Of a stretch of 64,000 nucleotides of DNA, positions 10,701-22,000 are shown in pieces; the stretch's first letter is position 1; each line of letters starts with the position of its first letter. This stretch comes from Sphagnum compactum. Lineage: Eukaryota. The DNA lies in NCBI GenBank assembly GCA_965153455.1, contig OZ234493.1, positions 12,886,213 through 12,950,212 on the forward strand. Reading direction: 5' to 3'. The notes under the pieces were generated by a model. The model saw only the letters and a program-made list of their open reading frames with translations. It made no database searches and was not told where the DNA came from. The translations under genes and the position numbers were made by a program.

Positions 10701-13554
10701 CTTCGATGGGCGGTATGTTAGTGCCAGCGAAGCTTGCCATCGGCTTTTTGCCTTTGACTTGCACGGCATGCACCCCAATGTTTACCGCTTGGCTGTTCAT
10801 CTGCCTAATGAGCAGACCACTTACTTTCCTGAGGGGACCACGGTTGGGGAAGCCATGATGCGCAACAACTCCACCACTTTGACTGAGTGGTGTGACTTCA
10901 ACCGAAAGGCCAAATCTGAATACGCGGCTGCAACCACTTTGGCTCGCAACAGCAACGACCCTGCACTGCCACTGCCTACTGCGCTGACCACATTGTACCC
11001 TGATTATCCCGAAATCGCTGTGTGGAGCAAATCCAAAAAGGCGTGGCACCTCCGGAAAAAGGCAGCGGGGCGGTAGGGTGCAGGCCGAAACAATCATGTC
11101 ACATTGGGCGCATGTACTTTGTGCAACGCTCAGAGGGCGAGCGTTATTATCTGCGAGTTTTGCTTACCCACGTTGCAGGGGCCACATGCTTTGAGGACCT
11201 CAGAACTACCCACTGGCCCCACACGCTTACCACAGTTGTGCACCCCACTTTTAAAGCTGCCTACCTTGCACGTGGCTTGCTGCAAGATGATGCTGAATGG
11301 GACCAGTGCCTTTCAGAAGCTGCTGGCGTGCAATTGCCCAGAAGCTTACGGCAGCTTTTTGCCAGCCTGCTGATTTACAACAACGTCACCAATCCTGGGC
11401 GGCTGTGGGACAGGCATAAGGGAGCCCTTACGGAGGATTTCCTACACTAAGCACGCCAGGTGAGTGGCCAAAAGGCCTCCACAAAGGAAGTGTATATTAC
11501 AAGCCTCCCTTTCGTTGGGTTGTGATGGTATAAGTTGTGCTCTGCTGTCTTCTTTGAACTGCTACCTGGAAACTTCTCGATTGTTGGATTCAATGTACCA
11601 GAAAGCTGATCACTCAGCATCATTCCGCACATTTCATTTAATGAGTCTTACCACATATTGGTGCTGCAAATCCCACTGGATTGTGTCTGCTGAACCTAAG
11701 GCCAAGCTCCTCTAGGTCGTGCCCAACGAGCTGCTGGATCCTATTGCAGACCAGATTTCCTTGCCAGCTGTAAGCATGAATAATTGTGCCCTTCTGGATT
11801 ATAAACCCCCCCCGCCCCTGATTGCGTCGCGCAGGTAACGCCCAACCGGCAGCTGGACCAGGCCATCCTTGACTAGGGCTTGCGGGAAGTGGAGCAGCTG
11901 CTGTAAGCCCAAGGGGGGAGAACCCTAGAGGATTTTGAGTTGCCTATCCCTGCACAGCTGGCTGCCCCGGGGGACGCCGCTGTATCCGAGGAGCGGGCCA
12001 GGTACAATGTGACACGGCAAGCTCAGCAGCTTGCTCGGGATGTGCCTTTGCTAAATCAGCACCAGCATTCCATTTACGACAATGTCATTGACGCGGTCCA
12101 TGACCCCAGGCCGGTGGACAAAACCTTTTTTGTTGATGGGCTGGGAGGGGATGGCAAGACTTTCCTCTACGGGTGCCTACTCAGCAGGGTGCGCTGTACT
12201 GGTGACATAGCGTTGTCGATGGCATCTTCTGGCATTGCAGCCCTGCTTTTGGAGGGCGGCTGCATAGCTCACTCACGTTTCAAAATTCCCGTAGCAGGCC
12301 TTTGTGGCTCCTCTGCTTGCTATGTTCCCCTGAACAGTCCACAAGCAGCCTTGATTCGGGCTGCACGCCTCATTGTGTGGGATGACGCACCCATGGCCCA
12401 CAAGCATGTGTTTGAGGCTATGAACCGCACGCTCCAGCATGTTATTGGTGCTGTTGACCCTGCCTTAAAGGACATGCTTTTTGGGGGCAAGGTTGTTGTC
12501 ATGGGAGGTGATTTTAGGCAAATATTGCCTGTGGTTCCCCGGGGCACGAGAGGCCAGATTGTGGATGCTAGTCTCAAGAGGTCCGCAATCCTTTGGCACC
12601 GTGTTAAAGTGCGTCAGCTGCATGAAAACATGTGTGTTCAGAGGCTTTTGGCACAGGGCGGAGCCAACGCCGCGGCCGATGCCCAACAATAGCAAAGCTT
12701 GGGCAGACTACTTGCAACGCATTGGGGAGGGCACAGAGCAAGTCTTTCCTGAGGTTGGGGAGGAGGCTGTTTTGATCCCAGAAGACATGTGCTGCCAGGG
12801 TGACACCATTGATAGCCTGGTGGATGAAGTTTACGGCGACCTTGGCCGCTTCATAGACTCGTAGTCACGCAATGAGCACATCATTCAGAGGGCCATTTTA
12901 ACTCCTCTGAACGAGAACGTTGACAGCATCAACACCGCCATCATGAATCGGTTTGACCTCACCACACCTGACGGCTCACCAGCACAGCGCCGCACGTTCC
13001 ACAGCGCTGATTCTATTGTGCAAGGCGAACAGAGAGCGATTTACCCCACCGAGTTTCTAAACTCCTTCAGCATGTCAGGGGTGCCACCCCACACTTTGAC
13101 CTTGCAGGAAGGCTGCCCGGTGATTTTGCTGCGAAATATGCCGGGCGGCCTTGCAAATGGCACTCGGCTTATTGTGGTCAAGCTGATGCAGCACATAAAT
13201 GATGCTAAGATTGCCACAGGACCAGACAAGGGCAGGCGCGTTTTCATTCCCCGCCTCAGCATCACTCCTTCTGACACGGAAATGATGCCTTTTACTCTCC
13301 GCCGACGACAGTTTCCGTTGCGGCCCGCATTTGCCATGACTATCAACAAGGCCCAGGGGCAGACACTGCAGACAGTGGGGGTGTACCTGCCCAAGCCTAT
13401 TTTTTGCCACGGGCAACTTTATGTGGCTTTCTCTCAGTGCGGCTCACGACGGGGCGTCCGGGTGCTGGTCCGGGGTGGCAGCAGGGCGGCTCTGAATGGG
13501 GCCCCTGCTGGTGTTTACACCAATAATGTGGTCTATCGCGAGGTGCTGCAGTGA
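7773..13554 (+). pseudogene. Helitron Rep-PIF1 helicase (RepHel) pseudogene with 3 introns
   Basis: From ATG 7773: 23-aa repeats, then zinc finger CQQCRAMIWPDE..CCAKG. Rep motifs PDLFITMTCNPNW, VEWQKRGLPHGHILI (HUH) and KYLYKYVYKGHD (Y2). PIF1 motifs FFVDGLGGDGKT, LIVWDDAPM, GGDFRQILPV, RRQFPLRPAFAMTINKAQGQTL and HGQLYVAFS. Frame-preserving introns at 8829-8998, 10212-10436 and 11460-11834. About 11 in-frame stops and 3 frameshifts (~8377, ~11102, ~12696). Confidence 0.93.
7788..8110 (+). repeat. 69-bp coding tandem repeat (23 aa, ~4.5 copies)
   Basis: Units start at 7788, 7857, 7926, 7995 and 8064 (partial); consensus RQQxRDRDREQHAEARARLTDQE. Confidence 0.9.
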
Positions 13555-14129
13555 TTCTTCTTCTGGGTATGGGGTTCTTTGGGGTCTCCTTTGGACTCCC
13601 AGTTTTTTTTCGGGGCTTCGGCTTTGGTTTCATCCAAGGGGATGGGTTGGATCAGATTGCATTAGACTAAAATGGGGCTTTTATATATATCAGACATTCC
13701 CAACGACTCATATATTCCAGGCATGTAATGGATTTTAGATAAAGTGACCATGCAGGCTCATCCCAATGACTCATGCCTGTACCTGCAACCTCAGATGCAA
13801 ACGTACCAGGAATGAATGTGATCATCAAGTGAAACATCGCCAACTGTCATCACTGTTGCACTGCATCAGTGCCGTGTCGTGCAAATAAAACAAGGAAAGG
13901 GAAATGCAGTAATAATATTTTTTTTAAAAAAATAAAAAATAAAAGAAAAAATAAAACTTATAATAATGAAGAAAAACCTTACTTGAAAAATAATGAGGTG
14001 TGTTTTCATGAGGGACTTTTCAACGAATTTTCGTCACGGGTACCCCACTAGTATTACAAGAAGGTGTAAGTTGAATTTTTATTTTAATTGTTTTATATAT
14101 TATTTAATTAATAAAATATGATCAATGTA

Positions 14130-14985
14130 AAAGGATAGTTGGATGAAAAAATGAAATGCAAATGCAACAAAGTTAAGACTTGGAAGAGGTAGGTATGAAA
14201 TATAGCACATGAAGGGAGTTACATATGGATGAAAGGAAATTAATGATTAATAATGACAATATCAATGAAATTTGATATAATATGATCGAAATATTTACAT
14301 TGGATGAGATTGACCAAATGATGAAGTATAAAACATGGATGAAATTATGTTCATGGGTGAAAATGACCATCATCCACACATGGATGGCCTATAACATTTG
14401 GACATGGTCAATTTCAAATATTGGAAAAACCAAACTTTACAATGTCATCCAAGTTTCATTGTCCATGTAATATGCTACATCAAATATCATGCACATGGTG
14501 AACATGCCTCTCATGTCATTCATCCATATCATATTTGCAAATTTCATCTATGCTAGTGGGCCCTTGTGAGATCACCAATCCATATCACCAAACTTCGTTT
14601 ATATTCCATGTTCAATTGTAAACATATTGTCAAATTTCATCTATTATCGCATATTCAATAACATCCATATTGTCAAATTCCAACTCTTTTGCCCATTCAA
14701 TTTCATCCATAGTGTTGGATTTCTTGTATTGATTTGCACCTTCAATTTCACCCATATTGTCAAACTTCATCTATTTATTGCAGGCTCAATTTCATCCACG
14801 TGTGTTTAATTTTCGTTCATTTTTTAATTGCACGTTCAATTTCACCGATTTTTGTTGAATTTCTGTCTATTTAATGTCATTTCGACTTCATCCACGCTAT
14901 TTGAATTTTCGTCTGTTTATTGCACGTTTCAATTTTTCATCCATGTTGTTAGTGTCACCCACAGGTGTAAAATTCATCCAATTGA
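14130..14985. repeat. Degenerate foldback-like array (TGGATGAAA in left half, TTTCATCCA in right half)
   Basis: Many TGGATGA(A) copies at ~14140-14390, and reverse-complement (T)TCATCCA copies mostly at ~14445-14980. Confidence 0.55.
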
Positions 14986-16029
14986 TTCACAGACAGACCA
15001 GAAATCGACCAGTGATGATAGCGTATCACCGTACACATGCAACCCCCACATCCGACGGCTGATAGCGTATCGATCGCTGATATCTTATCAGCGTGCATGC
15101 TCGCCCTTCATTTCCCGCCCTTCGTTGTCCCTGCTCCGCGCGCTCGAACGTTCTACGCTCGCAGGATTCCTTTGGGCAAAATTGCGCGCGCATCCTTCGC
15201 GGTCTTACAATGCTTCGACTTTTTTTTCGCGTCCTGATCATCAGGCTGTTGTTGAAGAGCAGCCGGTGTAGAGGAGAATAACGATGTAAGTATTGTTATG
15301 TCCGCTTCAGTTTTTCCTCCAATTCGGATGCCGCATCGAATTTGTAAGTTATGTACGTGTCTATCTCTTTTTCTCTCGGTTTTGTACTACGCATTACTAC
15401 TGGGGCTTCACAGAAGCTCTGCAATCTGTTTACTTTCTCCTCCCCTGAGAGGAATTTTTCTGAAGCTCTTTGATTTAATTCTATTTCCTCTGATTTAAAA
15501 AAAAGAATTTTAATTTGTTTTCCCTCAAATTCTTCCAATTCGTGTGCAAATTGGAACGTGGAAAATATTTGTGCGTCTCGTTTATTTTTCTTTCTCTGTT
15601 TTGCGCTACGCTATTCCTAATCAGGTTTGTTCGCCATCTCTGCAATCAATCGTGTGGTCTCTGGAAGGAATTTCCGCTGAAGCTCTTTGATTTGAACTTT
15701 CCTGAGAATAATATCTGGAGTTTTGGACTGTATCGGTGATGTCTGTAGTATGCGGTCTCCGATCTGAACTCGAGCGAGTTGTAGATGCAAGTGATCGATT
15801 CCAGCTTTCTCTTGTGAGAGCTTGAAGCAAAAAGGAGGTTTTGGTGGTTACAAAGGTAAGACCTGTTTCTTCTTGCGTTGCTATGACTTGCGGTCTACAA
15901 GGGAGGAATTTTCTTTGCAGGTTTCTTAGAGTTCAGGCCATCGGAAATTTGAGATTCCTTCCTCTGTTTTAGGCTTAACGAAGAGATAATTTTCTCAAGC
16001 AGGTTGGGAAGTTCGTTTGTACAAAGGAC

Positions 16030-19000
16030 ATGGCACAGCAACGCTCTTTGTTCTCCTTCTTCAACAAACGTACTGCAGTGACTTCAGACGACATCGCGGC
16101 TTCTTCTACTAAAGTGCGAAATGGAGAGGGGAAAAAGGGGAGCAGTGAACAGAACCAGCACCAGCACCAGCCGCCAGCTTCGACAGTGAAGCGAATTTCT
16201 TCCATGGCGGAGTCCGAAGAAACTTCAAGCTTGCAGAATCAATGGCCGCCTCCAGGGTTCGGAAACTCAAACCAACAGTCTCTCGTCATACGCATCTTTG
16301 CATGTAAACCTGAGAGAGTGCGGATGTAGAATTTGAGGCTGCTGTCAAAAAATCCATTTGAGATTATAGAGTCGATGGCAGATTTTCAGCAAAGTAGTCA
16401 ATAAGTGCTTGCACTGGCTTCTTCGGTTCTAGGTCATCCATCCCTTGCTCTCCTCTTCTACGAGAGCTTGAGCGAGTTGTTTGGTGATTCTGATATCCCT
16501 ATTGCCTTAGAGAAAATGGCCCTTTATTGTTTCTGGTGCTAGGTTTCTTCTTTCTGGCAATTGAAGCTTCATTGCTTTCAATTCCAAGCTTTGCCTTGTC
16601 CTTAACTTGGCTCAGGGGCAATGTCAGGAGTAAACCTCAGCCTTTTGTCTTTCCACCTCCCATTGGAAGCATGTCCATCTGTTGCTCCAAGTGCCGACCA
16701 ATCTTTCAACTTCCTCTACTGATCCATTTTCCTATGTCTTTGGTCTGCCTGCAGATTTCTGGGTGTAAGTGCTTAGGGTTTAGGGTATTGTAAATTTTAT
16801 TGTACACATCCACAGAAAAAGCCTGACAAAGGGAAAAGTAACTGATTGACATTTGTTCTAGGTAAAGATCTGAATGGCATGTTGGGTAATTCCAGTCCCT
16901 GATGCCATCTTGTGGTCAAACTAGATGGTCTAGGTTTTTGTAAGTACTCTACCAGCATTTGTGCATCCATGAATCTACTATTAGTTTGTGCTCTCATGTC
17001 CTGTTACTATGATTGATGATGCGCAGGAGATGATGGGACTTTATAGTGTTGTGACGAATCTGTGGCCATGAAGTACTGGTTTGGTCATGGATAATGCAAG
17101 CATAATTGTCTGACATAACTGTTATACAGCATGTCAGAGTTTCTAAATCTGTAGCCTTGATGTTCTCTGGTTGCAGGCAGCCACAACAGTTATCTTCCCT
17201 CAAGTCTAGGCCATCGGTTGTTTCTGAACCCCAGGTTGCACTCTCACGGCCTTTTGTCCCTGGTTTCAAGCGTGTTCAGGATGAGGAGCCTTGTGACACT
17301 GCTGAAGGTAAATCGTTGAAGAATGCAGGCCCCAACAAGAGGAGACGTTTTATGGATGTCTTGGGGGTGGAGGAGGAAGCTGCTTCAGAGAGTGCAGTGC
17401 AAGCCAAGTTTGATTGGCTGCACCCTGATAAGATCAGAGATGGTTCACGAAGAAGACCTGATCACCCTCTCTATGACAAGAGGACCCTATTTATTCCTCA
17501 AGATGCCATGGCCAAAATGTCAGCATCGCAGAAGCAGTACTGGACCCAGAAAAAGGAGTACATGGATACTATCTTTTTCTTCAAAATTGTAAGTTTTTGG
17601 CATCCCAAGAGTAGTGTTGTGGTTAAGACTTAATACATAATTGCCTAAAGAGCCAGTACTTTCGCATTTTATGGTTAGACAAATGTGTGTTTCCTCATGC
17701 TGTGACATGTGTACTTGGCTATTATACACTGCCCCTCATAGACCTTGGCTAATATTCCTGAAATTGGTGACCCAGGGAAAATTCTATGAGCTTTATGAGC
17801 TTGATGCAGAGATTGGGCATAAAGAAATGGATTGGAAGCTGACTTACAGTGGTGTTGGAAAGTGCAAACAGGTTAGTTCTGTATAAATTTTGTCATTGAG
17901 TTTTTGAATCATGCTGGCCCTTGTTATGGTTTCTGAACACCATGGATGTAACTTTTGAGCCTACGGGAAAGTCATTGACCACATCCTGTTTTCTGATATG
18001 CAGGTTGGAGTCCCAGAGAGTGGGATAGATGATGCTGTGCAGAAGTTGGTGCATCTAGGGTAACCATCACCAGCAAGCTCCTCCAGTCTTTCATTTTGAG
18101 AGGTGGAGTCTTGTTGTAGTGAATTGTGAGTAAGAGGTTGGGGGGCATTAATATTATTCATTTATTGCAGATACAAGGTGGGGAGAATGGAGCAGCTTGA
18201 AACATCTGATCAAGTCAAGAAACGAGGGGGTGGGGTATGAAAACTTATTCTTTCATCATATTTTCATTTGTGTACTCTGCAGTTGGGAACTTGCCATTGA
18301 CTTGAAGATACCTTTCAGAAGTTAACGCTGCCAAATTCAACTATTGTTCAATTCTCAGCTTTTAGGGGTGCAAATGATAGACATCTAAGCATGCTTATCT
18401 TTATGTACTACATTGCAACAAAGATAAGCAACTGAATACACAAAGATACTCTAATATGCAACAAAGACTCTATTGGTGGTAGCATAAACCCTAAATCATT
18501 ATGTGACCTTGGTTGTTCTAATGGTTGTTCTAATGTTCTAAGTGCAATTACTTGGATTTAACAATAACCCAAGTTTCAAAAGCAGTAGACATTGTCATTT
18601 TTGTCAAGTGTTCTCGCCCAGAGATATCCAGGTATTAACATGATTTGTATACCTTATGCGGATTCAGATACCTCAGGTTCTGCCAATTTGGAGTAGTCAA
18701 TAGTCAGTTTTATAGGTTTTTAAGTCTTTGTAATTCAAAAGAGTTCTTTGTAGCTCAAATGGTGCACTTAATAATCTTTTGAAGAGTAAAGGTGTCTCTT
18801 CCATATTTTTGTAAGTCAATCCAGTGGTTTTCTTAACAAAAAAACACATCTTGGTTTGGTTACCCTGTTTTGGAATTCTCAAAATGATCATTTCAAGGGC
18901 TTTGTTATCCTGAATGGAGAACTTTGAAAACTTTCAAGGCCCAATTTGTCCTTTAAAGAGCATGCTCTTAACGTTCTATATGTGTTGTTTCTCTATTCTC

Positions 19001-22000
19001 TTCCTCTTTCAATGTTTGGTTTTCTTCTTATTTTTCTTCTTTTTGTCTTCTTCTCTCTTCTTGGTTTCTTGGCCATCTCCTTCTCTTGTATGTATTTTTG
19101 AGCAGTACCCTACATCATGACTGAGTCTTCCTCTTATCACTGGTATTATGACAGAAACTCAGTATATTGGCTAATGTATGACATTGACCTTCATCTGGTG
19201 CTAGCAGCTGATGAAGGCCATGTGGAGGTTACAGTGGCTTGCCACTACTGTACCTATTGCTGTTGAAGGTCACTGAATATGCATGTGATTGTCATTGTTC
19301 TTCACACCAGTCCTTAGTCTTTCTCTGCTTGTAAGAGTTGGGTGTTCTTTTCTTTATTTGTTATTTAATTCTTTCTTTCCACTGCTATGTTTCAGATCTG
19401 AAATCTTTATAACTTTTCTGTGGGATCATCTCTCAATTGTATTCAGGTTGACTTAGATCATAACTATGGAGAAGTTCTCAATAATTATGATGATAATGCC
19501 TTTGAGTACTCATTTGGCAATCGTGGAGCATAGTGCTGCAGTAGAGGAAAAGTTGGACAAGATACATGTGGCAGACTATATTGTTCTTCCTCAGGACTTT
19601 GATTCCATGTGATTTAACTTTTGTCTGTTCTGGTTGTTTGCTGTAGATGGTTAGTCGTGATCTCACCCAAGTGTTTAGTCCATCAACAAGGCTTGATGGC
19701 AACATGCGAGCTGAAGCAGTTCATCTTCTTGCTTTATGTGAGGTGATATGTTGTCCCCAACACTTCTGCAGACTTCTTTGTCTAGCTCTCAGTCTCATTC
19801 ATCAGTTTTCATTTAACAATTGCATCCAGTGTTGTAGATCAGTGGATGTCCTATTGTGCAGTCCCTTGTGAGATCATGCTGTTTTGTTTTGTATATATCC
19901 TTTAGATCCAAACACATTACTATGCTTGAGTTCCCAGTCCTTGCACCTGTACAACCACCTTCAATCCTAGAAGCTGAGTGGCTTGTACTATTGTGTAAAC
20001 AGGAACCACTGCATGGGTCCAAAGACAGCTCATCAAATCAAGCATCAGTTGCAGTTGGGTTTGCTTTTGTGGATGCTGCTGCAGGCAGATTCTATGTTGG
20101 CTCCATACAGGATGATTGCTCACACTCAGGCTTAAGGGAACTCCTAACTAAGGTGCACAGCATTATTTATGCCTTAATGATCCAGATCATGTTTCTCATG
20201 TTTCTCTGATTGCAGCAATCTTGTTGTGTGAAAAAAAAAAGTTCTAGTCTGGAGATGGCTTTGTTTATTTACACTACACCTCGAGATACAAAGTCCTGAG
20301 TTTTGTGCCATTGGATTTTGTTGCTGTAGGTTGCCCCTCAGGAAATCTTGTATGAACTTGGAGGTGATCCCTACTCTCCTCTCACTGGAGCCTTGTAAAG
20401 CCTTTTTGTCACTTGCTTTGGATTTGCTGGTCTGTCACAATAATTTTCTACATTATACCCAAAGTGCAGATGTGTGGAATGATAGTACTGTACATGTAAT
20501 GACCAGGGTTTGTGTTGTTGATAGCAGCTTTATCTGATGACATGATGAAAGTACTGCGAAATCACCACAGCCCAGGTAGTGTGATCTTTTCATATTGTGT
20601 TACTGAGTATTAAATTGTTTCACTAAGATTTATGTAGCCCTCTTTATGCCTTAGGCTTACCCACTTGCTACAGTAGCAAGCTAAAATGAAACAAAACTTA
20701 CCCTCACAAGCTTGTTCTAATGACTTTTTAATTAGCTATGTCTCTTGAGTGCTTGCCAACATCATGACCAAGTCTTCACATTGCTTTCAGACTTGTCACA
20801 GAAACTCAGCACAAGATTTTTGTGCAGACTATAATATACTCATCTACATCCATAAGCAAGAGCTGTGAGGAGTACTGGCAACTAATCACTGCGGTTGATG
20901 TTGAGGGTGATGGTCTGATACTTTGTGACTGACACTCATAAGGTTATGACCACACTCATTCTTGTCATGTTGGTTTAGGTTTGCTCACACAGTGGTCTTG
21001 TGCAGTTTCCTCTACAATCTCATAGCTGTTGTTCACTAAGATTTGAGGGTGTAATTGTGGCTGCAGGCCTACTTCCAGTAGTTCTCAGTGCTCTGACACA
21101 TGAGTATATGGAACCTCAGATGGTGAACAAAATGGTCAAAGATCGTGGCTACTTCAAGACTGTTAGTGGTGGAGGAGGTTCAAGGGGCTGTCCACTTCAA
21201 GCTTTTGAATCTCTTTCAAACAAAAACCTCGCTGCCAGTGCACTAGGAGCACTGATTTCACATTTAGTGCGATTAAAGGTGAGGTCCATGTCAATAGTTA
21301 GGTGTAGCAGTTTGGTGTGATTGCAGGAGTATATGCAGATTGCATGTCCCTTCAACAGTGGTTGTATATTTTATTCATCATGGCTTAATGCAGGTGGATA
21401 GTGAGCTACTTCCTAGTGGAGTTTTACTACCATATGAAGTCTACAGAGGGGCACTTCGTCTTGATGGAGATACAATTGTCAATTTGGAACTCCTTGAAAA
21501 CAGAGATGATGGAGGTCGAACAGGTGAAGACTCCTCAGAAAATGGTGCTCTTTATTTGTGGAGTAACTTATGTGTATAGGCCCTCATATGATTTCAGTGA
21601 TGTCCATAATTTGTGGTTCTTAGTGTGAACTTTTTCTGCAGGCACTCTGCTTGGTTACTTGGATAGCTGTGTCACTAAATATGGGAAACGCCTCCTTAGA
21701 CGGTGGATTTGCCACCCTCTGCAAGATACTTCTGAGCTCAATGACAGACTAGACACTGTGCAGGAGCTTATTGGGCACACTGAGATGGCTTACTCACTAC
21801 AAGCAAAATTGCGACTACTGCCTGACCTGGAAAGATTGGTTGCCCGAGTTCGGGGCTTAGCAGGGTCCCCAAGTTTAGGGGTTGTACCTATGGCTGCCAA
21901 GAAAGTACATGACCGGCGAGTAAGCAACTGTCTCCTCTCTCTTTCACTAGAATCAAAACAAGATCATGTGACACATGGCTCCATATTCTGAAATGATTGT

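Larger units (their letters stand above)
5846..14051 (+). mobile_element. Full-length Helitron (rolling-circle transposon), coding region inactivated
   Basis: 5' end A|TCTTATATATAAA followed by a (GTCT)n-like tract. 3' end ACGAATTTTCGT hairpin + CACGGGTACCCCACTAG|T. Insertion between A and T without a TSD. Encloses a Rep-helicase pseudogene. Confidence 0.9.

Noticed and set aside
10333-11097. 254-aa minus-strand ORF
   Set aside because: Antisense to the Rep domain; GC-rich codon bias explains the lack of stops.
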